Below, in pieces: positions 1 to 12,015 of a stretch of DNA of 64,000 nt (its first letter is position 1; every line of letters starts with the position of its first letter). The DNA lies in contig NC_135813.1 in assembly GCF_964213995.1 (NCBI RefSeq), positions 72,912,001 through 72,976,000 of the forward strand. The letters are read 5' to 3'. The stretch is from Mustelus asterias. Its lineage: Eukaryota. The position numbers and the translations under genes were made by a program. Below the pieces are notes generated by a model. That model did not search any database and was not told the origin of the DNA. It worked only from the letters and a program-made list of their open reading frames with translations.

Positions 1-386
1 ATGTCTATAGTAAATTGTGTTCATTTTTGTAAATATGAGCAATTTCCAAATGTTTAAATGATATGAAGATTGTGTTGTCCCTGGCTAATGTGTTCGAACC
101 CACATTTGAATCTTATTGCACTACACTATTGAACAGTATGATGCAGTTCTTTCATGTTGATGTGTGGGGCTCCACAGCTGAGGCCAAGCATTGCCCCCTG
201 AGAGATGAAGGGTATAAATCAGCACAATGTTACCCCAGCCATCCCGTTCCAAATCAGCACTTTCAAGAAACTGAGAACGTGTCACTTCCACAACTTTGCT
301 CTTGATTAGAGACAATGCATATGGAGGGAGATCCCAGGACTCAGACCTATTGCCAAAACACAAAATTCAGAGCCCTCATCTCAGGA

Positions 387-702
387 GCGGCACGGTGGCA
401 CAGTGGTTAGCACTGCTGCCTCACAGCACAAGGGACCCGGGTTCGATTCCCGGTTTGGGTCACTGTCTGTATGGAGTTTGCACATTCTCCCCGTGTCTGC
501 TTGGGTTTCCTCTGGGTGGCGCTCCTGTTTCCTCCCAAAGGCCAAAGATGTGTGGGTTAGGTGCATTGGCCAAGCTAAATTGCCCCTTAGTGTCAGGGTG
601 AACTAGCTAGGGTGGCTTTGGGGATAGGGCCTGTGTGGGATTGTGGTTGGTGCAGACCCGATGGGCTGAATGGCCTCCTTCAGCACTGTAGGATTCTATG
701 AT
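387..702 (+). mobile_element. HE1-type tRNA-derived V-SINE, CR1/HER1 tail
   Basis: Pol III box A (TGGCACAGTGG) and box B (GGTTCGATTCC), V-domain GGAGTTTGCACATTCTCCCCGTGTCTGC, tail GGGCTGAATGGCCT...TTCTATG. Confidence 0.9.
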
Positions 703-951
703 ACTTTGTTGACAAGCACCATCAAAAATAAAATCAAACACATTTTAAGTAAACACGTTTAGACTGCAATGCAGCAACTGTTCAAGTCAATGTCCTGACT
801 GCAAATATATCATCAGTAAAACCATTAACCAGGAGACTCTCAAGCCAGGTTTTCTCACTATATACAGGTGTGACTTGATATCTGTCATCTCTGCTTATTT
901 TGAAGTCGGTTTGCAACATTAAGTTCCTGTGAAAATGTTGTCTGATATAGT

Positions 952-1102
952 GGTCAGACTTCTCCGTCTCTTCACCGCGCCCCCCCCCCCCCCCCCCCCC
1001 CCACTGCCAGCGAGAATGGAGAATTTGCCAGTCAGCCAATTCTCCGTTCACTGCAGTGGGACGGAGAAGCCCAGCTGTGGGCAAGGTCAGAGAATCCAGC
1101 CC
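952..1102. mobile_element. short Harbinger-like MITE
   Basis: degenerate TIRs (GGTCAGACTTCTCC / GAGAATCCAGCCC), internal palindrome AATGGAGAATT...AATTCTCCGTT. Confidence 0.6.
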
Positions 1103-1279
1103 AATGTATGTATAATTGTCTTCTTCATTAACTGGAATCAACGCAAAACATGGTGCAATTTACTTTTCATTATGTTTTGTGTACATCTCCCAAAGAGTAT
1201 TATAAAATTACTTTGAAATTTACATATCTACGATAAATGTACCTCTTTGTCTCAAATTGTAGATTCAACCCAATGTGAT

Positions 1280-1608
1280 GGACAGCACGGTGGCACAATG
1301 GTTAGCACTGCTGCTTCACAGCGCCAGGGACCCGGGTTCAATTCCGGCCTTGGATGACTCTCTGTGTGAAGTTTACACGTTCTCCCTGTGTCTGCATTGG
1401 TTTCCTCCGGGTGCTCTGGTTTCCTCCCACAGTCCAAAGATGCAGATTAGGTCAATTGGTCATGCTAAATTGCCCCTTAGTGTCAGGGGGATTAGCAGGG
1501 TAAATATGTGGGGTTATGGGGATAGGGCCTGGGTGGGATAGTTGTCGGTGCAGGCTCGATGGGCTGAATGACCTCCATCTGCACTTAGGGATTCTATAAT
1601 TCTATGAT
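1280..1608 (+). mobile_element. HE1-type V-SINE
   Basis: A/B boxes, V-domain, (TTCTATGA) tail. Confidence 0.9.
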
Positions 1609-1609
1609 T

Positions 1610-2010
1610 GTGTTGCCCCTTTTGATTCCAATTCTAAACTAATTTCAATGCCCCAAACTTTCCCATTGCCCTGTATGTGTCTTGCTTTCAAATGAATTCC
1701 TTTAAAGATGCCTTTCTCCCTCAAATGTTCCCTGTAGTAAAACATTCTATATTCTAACAGCTTGCTGCATAAAAATATTCTTGTAAATTCTCTCCTCACT
1801 CTCGATGACAATTTAAACTGGTGACTTCTCATCACTGACACCTCAACCAAAAGGAAAAAGTCTTTACCTATACATGCTCCATAATTTAAACAACTTCCAT
1901 TAAATCTCATTTGAGCCTTCTCTGCTTCAGTGGAAATAAACCCAATATCTCAAGTCTCTCCTCATAAATATAGCTTTTTATTCTTGTTACATTGCTGTGT
2001 GAAGCAAGCT
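1610..2010 (-). mobile_element. old degenerate CR1 LINE 3' fragment
   Basis: remnant YEERLEILGLFPLKQRRL motif of the CR1 ORF2 C-terminus. Confidence 0.6.
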
Positions 2011-2199
2011 TATGAAAAGTTTTGCAATTTTTGAGAAGTTTAAATTTTGTCTTAATATATCGTGCAAACACTGTTTGCTTATTCTCTCCTCCCAAGTCAC
2101 CCAACCCAGAGGAGACTACATGCAGCTTGCTCCCAGAACATTGCCGATGCTGCCCCATATAAATGACAGCAGACGAGTGAGCGCTGTCTTACTCTATGG

Positions 2200-2665
2200 A
2201 TACATGCAGTTCCCATCCAAGATCACACTGCATAATAACTGCTCTGACCAAGATCACAAGAAACTGGAAAGGATTGTGAACATAGCCCAGTCCATCACGC
2301 AAACCGGCCTCCCATCCACTGATTCTGTCTGCACTTTCAGCTGCCTTAGAAAGGCAGACAGCAAATCAAGGATCCCAAGTCCCCCGGGCATATCTCTTCC
2401 ATCTTCTTCCGTCAGGAAAAGGATACAAAAGTCTAAGGTTACGTACCAACCGACACAAGAACAACTTCTTCCCCGCTGCCAACAGACTTTTGAATAGACC
2501 TACCTTATATTAAGTTGCTCTTTCTCTACACCTTAGCTATGACTGTAACATTGCATTCTGCCACCCTCTCCTTTCTATGAACTGTATTCTTTGTCTGTAT
2601 AGCATGCAGGAAACAATACTTTTCACTGTATACTAATACATGTGACAATAATCAATCAAATCAAA
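2200..2665 (+). mobile_element. Rex1/Babar LINE 3' fragment
   Basis: CSDQDHKKLERIVNIAQSIT remnant; 3' end TTTTCACTGTA...TGTGACAATAAT(CAAAT)n, the same end as 63538-63850. Confidence 0.7.
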
Positions 2666-2801
2666 TAGGAGGAGAAAACTGAAAGGCAGGAAGAGGGTGT
2701 TTTAAATGCATCTCCCTCACCTTTGTTGTCCAGAGGTACCACTTGTCGAGATTTGACGCAGTTACATAAAAGCAAAATATTATGGATGCTGGAAATCTGA
2801 A

Positions 2802-2968
2802 CCTGATTATGTCACCGACACGAGTCGGAGAAAATTGGAAGTCGCAATTTCGTCAATGTATGTACAATTTGTGTCTTCATTAACTGAAATCAACTTGGGG
2901 TTTCACCGAATCATGATCCCCTGCCACCATTCCCACGTTTGGCAAAGCTGGGCTCAAGATCACCCCCA
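2802..2968 (-). mobile_element. fragment of the non-autonomous DNA-transposon family of 23062, carrying a 41-bp insert
   Basis: aligns to the reverse complement of 23062-23202 on both sides of 2854-2894. Confidence 0.65.
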
Positions 2969-3619
2969 TTGATTCTATTTCTCTCTCCACAGATGCTGCC
3001 AGACCTGCTGAGTCTATTCTGCATTTTCTGCTATTATTCTGAGGCAGTCATGTTTTCGAGTGATATGGAAGGAATTGCTATAAAATGTTTCCATTACATT
3101 TTAAAATCAATAGAGAAACAACCAAAGTCACAATCTGACCACCATGTTCCTCCATCTCCATATTCGAGTCACTGCCTAATTTAGGACAATGGGGGAGTTA
3201 GCACTCCGAGTGCTGCACACTGGTGCTCTGGTGTTGCTTCAGAATCCAACAGCTTTATATTTCACAATCATGTCATTCCAAAATAGGAAGTTCATTTCCA
3301 AATTGCACGTGGTGAAATTCTCAAGTTCAATCTGAGGTCAGAGATTCTTTTATCTTTTCTTGTGTGTAGTCAAGATTTTAGAAATGTTATGCATGCCTCA
3401 GATAGTCTCTCACTGGTCACACCTCGAGTTACCCTAAACATTCCATCATTCAGGAATGTGTCTGCACCGTCCAGTATCTAATTGTGCAATTATGTAACTT
3501 GGTAGCCATCTATGATAGGATTCCCTTGTGATCTGACTTGGATATTGTGCTTTTTACATATGGCTTTCCCTAATATTTCTGTATTTCACACTTGAGTGTG
3601 AGATGAGGCTACATATAAA

Positions 3620-4152
3620 TATAAGAACATAACATAAGAACATAAGAACTAGGAGCAGAAACAGGCCATTTGGCCCCTTGAGCCTGCTCCACCATTCAAT
3701 AAGATCATGGCTGATCTTTTCGTGGACTCAGCTCCACTTGCCCGCCTGCTCACCATAACCCTCAATTCCTTTACTGTTCAAAAATGTATCGATCTTTGCC
3801 TTAAAAACATTTAACGAGGTAGCCTCAACTGCTTCACTGGGCAGAGAATTCCACAGATTCACAACCCTTTGGATGAAGAAGTTCCTCCTCAACTCAGTCC
3901 TAAATCTGCTCCCCCTTATTTTGAGGCCATGCACCCTAGTTCTGGTTTCACCCGCCAGTGGAAAAAACCTCCCTTCTATAAGATCTCCCCTCATTCTTCT
4001 AAACTTCAATGAGTATAGTCTCAGTCTACCTAGTCCTTCCTCATAAGCCAACCCTCTCAACTCTGGAATCAACCTAGTGAATCTCCTCTGCACCCCCTCC
4101 AGTGCCAGTATATCCTTTCTCAAGTAAGGAGACCAAAACTGTACACAGTACA
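3620..4152 (-). mobile_element. CR1 LINE 3' fragment
   Basis: YCVQFWSPYLRKDILALEGVQRRFTRLIP; (TTCTTATG)n tail. Confidence 0.9.
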
Positions 4153-4159
4153 AATAGTT

Positions 4160-4600
4160 CAGCTATTAAGCACAACATTTTGTCCTTGTGTAAGATCTTG
4201 GTTTGGCATCATTTTGAAAACTGTATCCACTTTTGGTTTCCTTGTCTGGAGGATATTCAGGCTCTGGAAGATGCGGAGAGTTGAGCCACAGGGATTTCTC
4301 TGCTCAAAACACCTCAGTTACCCCAAGTGGCTTGAGGAGCGGAGTCTTTTTTCTTTTAGAATGTGCAGAGTGAGGGGCAATTTGGTCATAAAATAACAGA
4401 GGGACTAGATAGTGTTGATGTGGATCAATGATTTCAGCTGAATAGATTGGGCAGGACCTGGGAGCACAGTACAAGTTATGGAAGAGCAGAACTAATGGAT
4501 GCCATTGAGTTTCCCTTTTTCCCAGAGAATAAGGAAGCTACAGAACAGCTGGCTGGTTCACATTTATTTGTTGCTTCCTTCCAGATCATTTTCAGAGATC
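4160..4600 (+). mobile_element. highly decayed CR1 fragment
   Basis: HFENCIHFWFP resembles HLEYCVQFWSP; RVRGNLV resembles RLRGDLI. Confidence 0.5.
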
Positions 4601-5160
4601 AGGGTCAGGATTTCAGCAGTCCATTGGAGATAGTCTATTCCTGGCCAAAGCTGCCAGCATTATGCCAGCATTGAGACAGCCCTCTGTCGGCTGGAGAATG
4701 TGCCAGTTGCCTCGATGTGGCCTTTCACTGCATCCTCTGGAGGAGACCTTCCCTTCTAGAGGCTCCCTGGCCCCTGCAGTCCTGAAACCACAATTGGTGG
4801 CCTCATCTCCTGCCCACCCCCCGCCCCCACTATCACCAGGGCCTGACTACGTGGACCTAATCCAACAGAACAATTTATTGCCTCCCCTTCGAGGGCATCA
4901 GAATATGAATGCACTCTCTCTTCCCACCTCTATCAATGATGCTGCTGAGGCTGCAAAGCTGTCTGCTACCTCTGATTGGGCAAGCAACCAGGAGAGGTAA
5001 CCCACCATCCTTAATTGATAGTTGACCCCGGCTGCAACCTCTTAATTGGCCACCACCGAGAAGATTGCCACTCTGGTGCTGCTGCCTTCCCACATGGGCC
5101 CAGGACCCTCACTGAGTCCCAACATTGGGACTTACTTGTGGTTTTTTTGCAAAAGAAAAT

Positions 5161-6191
5161 GGCCGTGATTCTCCCAGAAGTGCTGAATTGGTGGGAAAAC
5201 TGTTCTAAATCCCGACAGTTCTGTCAGTTCAGCTTCTCACCTGAATCTTCTCACTCTGTGCACTGACGAGGTCCCAGTCATAAATCTCATTAAAAGCCCA
5301 AGGGGGCAGGGCCTATTCACGCCAGAGTTTGACAGTTCCAGAGCTCTGCGCATGCGCAGTGGCCCTAAACTGTCAACCTCCCGTTTGCTGGCCAGCCCGA
5401 TTGCTGGCCAGCCCAGGAACCCCACAGTGCTTTCCGTCCAGCCCTCCCAATGGCCTGATCGCTGCCCCCACAGCAATTCCCGGGCCAGCCCTGACCCCCA
5501 CCACCCCGGAGCGCCCAGGTGTCCAGATCCCATGCCACCAGCAGTGGCGATCCCCCCACCCCCCTCACTCCAGCAGACCCCCCCCCCGAGGTCAGACCCT
5601 CCCCCGGAGGCAGGCTCCCCCCCCAGCAGACCACCCCCTCCAGCCCACGCTATCACTGCCCTCCCTCCAGCCCACACCGATCCTGTCTGCAGAGTGGCAG
5701 CAGGAACCCCCCACCGATCACCCCTAGGCCCCACCTGCAGTAGACCCCATCCCCTTGGCACTGGCCGATGCCTGGTGGGCAGTGCCAAGGTGCCCCCGGG
5801 CATGGGCACTTTGCCCCTTGGGCAATGTCAGGGGGCACAGGCTGACACTGCCAGAGCACCCATGTCCAGGGGACACCACCCCCCTGCCACCCGACTCCCT
5901 GGAGGGCCCCGATTGCCCCCCTTCATTCCGGCGGGGTCTCCAGCTCGTTCCCCTGAAAGGTCCTGATAAAGAACACCTATACATATTTAAAATACATGCA
6001 GAAAAGATTTAAATGACTTACTTGCCTTCCCGCTGGTCTACAGCATGGTCTGATCAGTGACTGTTCGCCAGCTCTGGGAGATGCACATGCATTCCCGGCG
6101 CATATGCAAATCCTTGTTCAAGGCGGCAGATTCGCATCTCGCACTGCGACCTGCCAGAAAGGTTGTGGGTTGCAATGGGAGAACTGCGGCG
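5161..6191. mobile_element. ~1.0-kb non-autonomous PIF/Harbinger-like DNA transposon (GC-rich)
   Basis: 16-bp TIRs GGCCGTGATTCTCCCA / TGGGAGAACTGCGGCG, 3-bp TSD AAT (5158-5160, 6192-6194); colinear with 9404-10446. Confidence 0.8.
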
Positions 6192-6385
6192 AATATCTCT
6201 TGATAAACATGGAGCTAATTGTGGAGGTGTGAATATTGGAGAGCATCAATATATAATAGTTTGTCATTCCCTTGATATTCTTGTTCGGGCACCTGGGCAA
6301 ATACCCCAAAGTTTGTTATGAAGGCCGTCTAGACCCCAACAGTTTTTTTTTTCTATTTTGGCATTAGTGTGAGGAGAAGATGGTT

Positions 6386-6722
6386 CATAGAACCATAGAG
6401 CCATAGAATTGTACAGTGCTGAAGGAACCCATTTGGTCCATCGAGTCTGCACTGACCACAATCCCACCCAGCACCTATCCCCATAATTCCATATACTTAC
6501 CCTGGCTAGTCCCCCTGACACTAAGGGTCAATTTAGCATGGCCAATCAACCTAACTCGCACATCTTTGGACTGTGGGAGGAAACTGGAACACCCAGAGGA
6601 AACCCACGCAGACACGAGGAGAATGTGCAAACTCCAATCAGACAGTCACCTGAGGCCGGAATTGAACCCGGATCCCTGGTGCTGTGAGGCAGCAGTGCTA
6701 ACCATTGTGCCACCATGCTGCC
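6386..6722 (-). mobile_element. HE1-type V-SINE
   Basis: reverse-complement A/B boxes, V-domain and tail. Confidence 0.9.
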
Positions 6723-7387
6723 CTACTCCAGGTGTAATTCTATTGACACACTAGAAAGCTTTTATCAAAGCAAACTTTATTCAACAATACAGTTTAATTA
6801 TAACAAATGAATTAGCTTTAACGTTTACCAATTGAAACACTTAAACATAACAAGATACAATTCTTAACTGCTAACCTATCTCTATTTGTTCCAATTTAAG
6901 CAATTTTCCTCATAGGTTTAAACTCCTCTTCAAAATCAGTCAGCAAACAACACAGTCTTACATGTTTTAATTCTTAACAGTCCTAGAGCCTTTGAATACT
7001 TCTGGAAAGAGAGAGAGAGAGAGACAGAGGGACACCTGTATTCTGACAGCTTCAAAGCAGCAGCTCCCAGAGAGTGAGAGACAGATACATCTTTTGCTTC
7101 TTTCCGAACCAAGCGAAAACTGATTGTTTTTCCCTGCAAGCTTAGCCCATCCCGTTGACACATGACTCTGTCTCTTGCTAATCAAACTAATCAAACCTGA
7201 TGCTGAAACCCCAGGGGAAAAACCAAAATAAACAAAAATGCATTCACTCAGATTAAAACAAACACCCCATTAGCTAAGAACAATTATTAGCCTGCATTCT
7301 CAGCGTGTGAGCTACTTGGTGCAGACAAATCAGCACCGTGTAAACAGAGCTGAATTTTAAACATACCCCTCACAAGAAACATGATAC

Positions 7388-7514
7388 ATGGGATTTTCTC
7401 ACTGCATGCACCTCAAGATTGGAAATTTCTTCCCAAGCTCAATGGACCTTTAAATCATTTTCTGTCCCACCCACTATGATTCCCGAGGCAGGTGAGATGG
7501 GAAAATTTTAGCTG
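7388..7514. mobile_element. ~127-bp Harbinger-like MITE (decayed)
   Basis: similar to 44218-44344 (CAATGGACCTTT core, GGGATTTT / GAAAATT ends). Confidence 0.55.
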
Positions 7515-7994
7515 ATATTAATATGTTTCTTAAGGGCACAGTATCATCACATTCTATCATCTCTTGTCATGCAGGAAATGTTGGGAAAATTGTGGGAGAT
7601 TTGCTTTGCCCCTGTAGGATGACAATAGGATTTGTAATTTCAGACGATGATTAATTATTTTGGACAATATTGTACAAATATATAAAGTATTCATTTGAAA
7701 TCAACACTTATTTTAGTGGAGAGAGAGATGCCATATAAATGCATTAAGTATCTGCAATACAAGATGATATTTTCCATTCCAGGACTAAGTTCTTTGGTGG
7801 GGGCAGAAACGCGGAGAGTTTCTACCATGGTGGCTGCTGGGAATTTGTGCCGTATCGCTGGGTAATTAATTATTCAGTCAGTAGTTTTCTGCCGTTTAGC
7901 ATGTGGGGTGGGCTAGATGGCTCACACTCCGTCATCATGCCAGGGTTACATTGTTAAAAGGCACCCAGACATCTACTGGCCCAGCACTGAAGTC

Positions 7995-8136
7995 AGAAGA
8001 TTCACCTCCTAGAAGATTCAAAATCTGGTAGATCCTATAGATGGAAAATCTTCCGCCTGGGTGATCTGCCTCCTGGAAGATCCTGAAGGTAGAAGATCCA
8101 CCTCATGGAAGGTCCTGGAATTAGAAGATCCACTCC
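7995..8136. repeat. degenerate ~15-bp minisatellite (GAAGATCCACCTCCT-like)
   Basis: recurrent GAAGAT(T/C)C at ~15-bp spacing. Confidence 0.6.
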
Positions 8137-8349
8137 ATAAATGCTCCACTCACCCATTGTTGCACATAGTGTTCCGGGGTCTGGTCGCTGGACACCTCCA
8201 TCTTTCCTTCTGATTTCTGTGTGCTGCCCCAGGCCTTCTTGTAGGAAGTCCTATATTTACATGCCATGTTGGTTCACATGTGTTCTCGTTTGGTGTGAAA
8301 ACCCACTGATGGCGCGAATGGTTGGGCAAGGGTGACTATTCCAGTTGGG

Positions 8350-9163
8350 CCCATTAGTGACCAGACAAAAACGTCCAAAGTATATTATGAAGTTAGCCTG
8401 GACCCCAAGTTCTCCTTTTGATTTTGGCATTAGGGTGAGCAAAAGGTGTTTCTCTCCTTGTACAATTTAATTGACCCACTAGGGAGCTTTTATCAAAACA
8501 TGCCTTATTTAAGAACTCAATTAGAATATAATAGAAAGAATTAGCATAACTTTAATTAATTAAAATACTTAAACATGACAAAGTATAATTCTTAATATCT
8601 ATCCATTTCTGCTGTTCCAATTTAGTAGTATCCCCACAGAAATACATCCCTTCTTCAGAACCAGTTAGCGCCAAAAGCAGATATGCTTACATAGATGCTA
8701 AATTTCCAGCCTTTTAACACCTCTGGACAGAGATCCAGACAAACACCTGTCTTCTGACTCTCGTACAGCTGATTCTCATAGAAAAATCTACTCCCAAACA
8801 GCAGAATCTCAGAAAAAGAGACTTATATCCTGGCAGTCTCCAATTTTAGAGAGGGGAAAAGAGAGGCACTGCTCTCTAACAACTCCAAGCAACACACTAA
8901 ACTTAAGTTCCCTGTGTAAACCTAGCTCCACCCAGTCACTTGATATTATTGTCAATCAATCCAATTAAGTCCTGCTATGTAGAACAGCATTCGTTCAGAT
9001 TTAAACAAACATTCTAGCAATTCGGAGCAATTATGCTGCTGCAGTAACAATAGGGGATGCAAGTTATAGACCCAGTGGCACCAGTTAGAACAGACTGTGA
9101 AAAAAAACAATCCTGCACAAGGTACAAGATTTATAACATTTCTTAAAGGCATTGTTTTGTCAC
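8350..9163 (-). mobile_element. solo-LTR-like repeat
   Basis: homologous to 6290-7550 and 30760-31897; ends GTCACA; no TSD found. Confidence 0.55.
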
Positions 9164-9403
9164 AGTACTTCATCTGCATCCCATTGCAGGATTTAAAATA
9201 ATTTCATGCTAGTCTCTGGTGGGAAGTAAACTACCACGATAGGCAGGAGCACATGTTCCCGCTGCCATTTTACCCCAGCAGGAAACTGACTTTTCACCTC
9301 CTGTCATATTGTTTCCCCCCACCCACTGCAGTGTTCTAGAAAATTCCAGAGTGTCCCATAGCATGTTTTCAGAGTGCATGGTGTCTGCATTTACAGAAAT
9401 CTC

Positions 9404-10446
9404 AGCCACGATTCTCCCAAAGCATTGAATTGGCAGGAAAACTGTTCTAGATCCCGACTGTTCTGTCAGTTCAACTTCTCACCTGAATCTCCGCACTCTG
9501 TGCACCGCAGAGGTCCCATTTGTGAATCTCATTACAAACCCGGGAGAGGCGGGGCCTATTCACGCCGGAGTCTGACAGCTCTGGAACTCTGCGCATGCGC
9601 AGTGGCCCCGATCTGTCAGATTCCCTCTTTGCTGGACAGCCTGGGACCCCCGCCGTGCTGCCCCTCCAGCCCCCACCCCATTCCGGAGCGCCCTGATGCC
9701 CACTTTCCCAGCAGTGGTGATTCCCCCCAACCCCCTCACCCCAGCAGACACCCCCCCCCACTGAACCCCCCCCCCCCCGGGCTCAGACCCCCCAGGAGGC
9801 ATACCCCCCCAGCTGACCACCCCCCCCAGCCCGCCCCAATCACTGCCCTCCCTCCATCCCAGACCGATCCCCATGCAGAGTGGCAGCGGGACCCCCCAAC
9901 TCCACTGATTGCCCCCAGGCCCCAGCCACAGTAGGTCCCACCCCCTTGGCACTGCCCAATGCCTGATGGCCAGTGCCAAGGTGCTCCCTGGGCATGGGCA
10001 CTTTGCCCTTTGGACAGTGCCAGGGGGCACAGGCTGGCACTGCCAGGGTGCCCATCACCAGGAGGCATCACCCCACCCCGTGGGGGGCCCCCCAATTGTC
10101 CCCCTTCATTCCAGCGAGGTCTCCCATTAGTTCCCCGAATGTGGAGAGCCAGTCTGAACCCTGCCAGAATGAAGTACTCCTGGCGGGGTGGGACTTGCTA
10201 TCGGGACCAATAAGTTCCCGATAATTACATTTAAAAGGCATTTAAAATATATTAAAAACAGATTCAAATTACTTACCTGCCTTCCCGCCGGTTTCCAGCG
10301 TGGTCTGGCCTGCGACTGTTCGTCTGCTCTGGGAGATGCGCATGCATTCCCAGCGCATGCGCAAATCCCAGAACAAGGCCGGCGACGCGCATCTCCCACC
10401 CCAACCCGCCAGAAAAGTTGCAAGTCGCGATGGGAGAATCGCAGTC
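9404..10446. mobile_element. ~1.0-kb non-autonomous PIF/Harbinger-like DNA transposon
   Basis: TIRs AGCCACGATTCTCCCA / TGGGAGAATCGCAGTC, TSD CTC (9401-9403, 10447-10449). Confidence 0.85.
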
Positions 10447-11805
10447 CTCATTTCAAACAATCAACAGCAGAATCACACAGAAAATGATTTTCAGGTGTGG
10501 CAGAAAATAGACAAATGTAGAAGAATTCTAGAATGGTTGCAGTGCAGTGCAGAATGAGGCCATTCAGCCCATCGAGCATGTGCCAGCATTCTGCAAGAAC
10601 AATTTAGCTCATCCCATTCTCCGACCTATTCCCGGTCACCCTGCAAGTTTTATTTAACCACCCTTGGAACATGACTATGACAATTGGTGTCAGCTTGCTA
10701 ACATAGACAAAAAAAAATAAAACTTAAAAGAACAACGATCCACACTACTGAGCCACAGTTTGATGCACAGATGAAGTGATGAGACTGAGTACAATGCCCC
10801 CAAGTCATTTAGTGCTCCCATGAATCAGCAGTTGTCTGTCACTGAATTCTGCTGTTACACCACTCACTGTAAAAAAAAATTAAAGCAGCAATCACTAACA
10901 AATCTACACATCTCCCAATTGCAAAAGCTCTTAACCTTTCCAGAAAAAACACTTCAAACGTGTTCTACAAGAGACACGCAAACCCCATGTCACCAAATTG
11001 TTCTGATTCAGTTTACTTGTGCTGACTGGAGCTAATGAGAAGGCGGCTTTTGTGGAGTTAACACAAGCTTGTGTTATAATGGTACAAGGGCTTATACCAG
11101 TGACATTTCATGAAACATTTGTAACCTGGCTGTGTAAATAAACACACTCTGATAAATGGATGCAGAGAGCCATGTCATGGAGTTAGTTGAGATTTGAAGA
11201 GTACAGTACATCAAGCACAATCTTTACATTAGTTAGCTGAATAGAAAATTCTGCATTCTTCATGTGATGTATCTTCAGAATTCAAGACTCAGAAGGTTTA
11301 TAAATCATTTGATTTTGTACAATTTGGAAACAAAGGTTTCTGTTGCGCAACTTGTTATTTTCCCCTTTCCTTTCCCTTCTTTTTCAGGAGAAAGTTGTCA
11401 GTGCACAGACCCTGCTGTAATATTGATGATGTGATACTGATTACACACACGGCTGGTGATTCGTCTCAATTAATGCTCCAGATAAATAGAATCAGTGAAA
11501 GGAGATGAAGGAAAGTGTCATCAACACCACACTTTAAGAACTGGCCAATGCACTTGGGATGGGAATCAGTTACTTAGGCAAACTTAATGGTGTAGATAAA
11601 GAGTGATTCTCAATAAGAGTTCAGCTCGGTTTTGGGAATCTGAGGGAAGCATCAAGTTGATTTCTTTTTTGATGTGGAATTAACTTTAGTAAAATTAAGA
11701 GAAAATCAAAAATGTTTTAATGCCAAGCTAAGGAAATGTCTGTGATTATTTTGTTTAAAATTTCTATGGTGGGTATGAACATGAGTCATCATTTTCAGAT
11801 ACATA

Positions 11806-12015
11806 GGCTGGACTTTTACTACCTCGCCCACCCCAGAATCGCTTCTCTGAGAGATATTTACCCCATGTAAAACTAACTCACGCTGAATAACAAGGTACCG
11901 AGACTATCTCGATAATGTCAGAATCAGGGCGGGTGAGGCTCGCAGAATGGCATTCTCCGTTAGCCTTGGGTGAGATCTTACGAGCCTTGGGCGGGTGCGG
12001 TGGTAAAATTCCGGC
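11806..12015. mobile_element. 128-bp-family MITE with an 85-bp insert
   Basis: flanks align to 44087-44214 (GAGGCTCG-AGAATGGCATTCTCCGTT...GGTAAAATTCC). Confidence 0.75.

Larger units (their letters stand above)
6290..7550 (-). mobile_element. solo-LTR-like repeat interrupted by a SINE and a MITE
   Basis: shares CACTAG-AGCTTTTATCAAA and TTTCTTAA-GGCA...TCACA with 8350-9163 and 30760-31897; reads TGTGA at its minus-strand start. Confidence 0.55.

Noticed and set aside
387-460. tRNA-like A/B boxes
   Set aside because: SINE heads; no complete cloverleaf tRNA gene.
296-606. Recurrent short ORFs such as VAQWLALLPHS and DCGRKPEHPEETHAD
   Set aside because: Translations of HE1 SINE copies, not a gene family.
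5237-5966. Overlapping 130-204 aa Pro/Gly-rich ORFs (also 9374-10224, 13403-14314, 51068-51930)
   Set aside because: Arise from stop-poor GC-rich interiors of non-autonomous transposons; frames are not conserved between copies and have no domain motifs.
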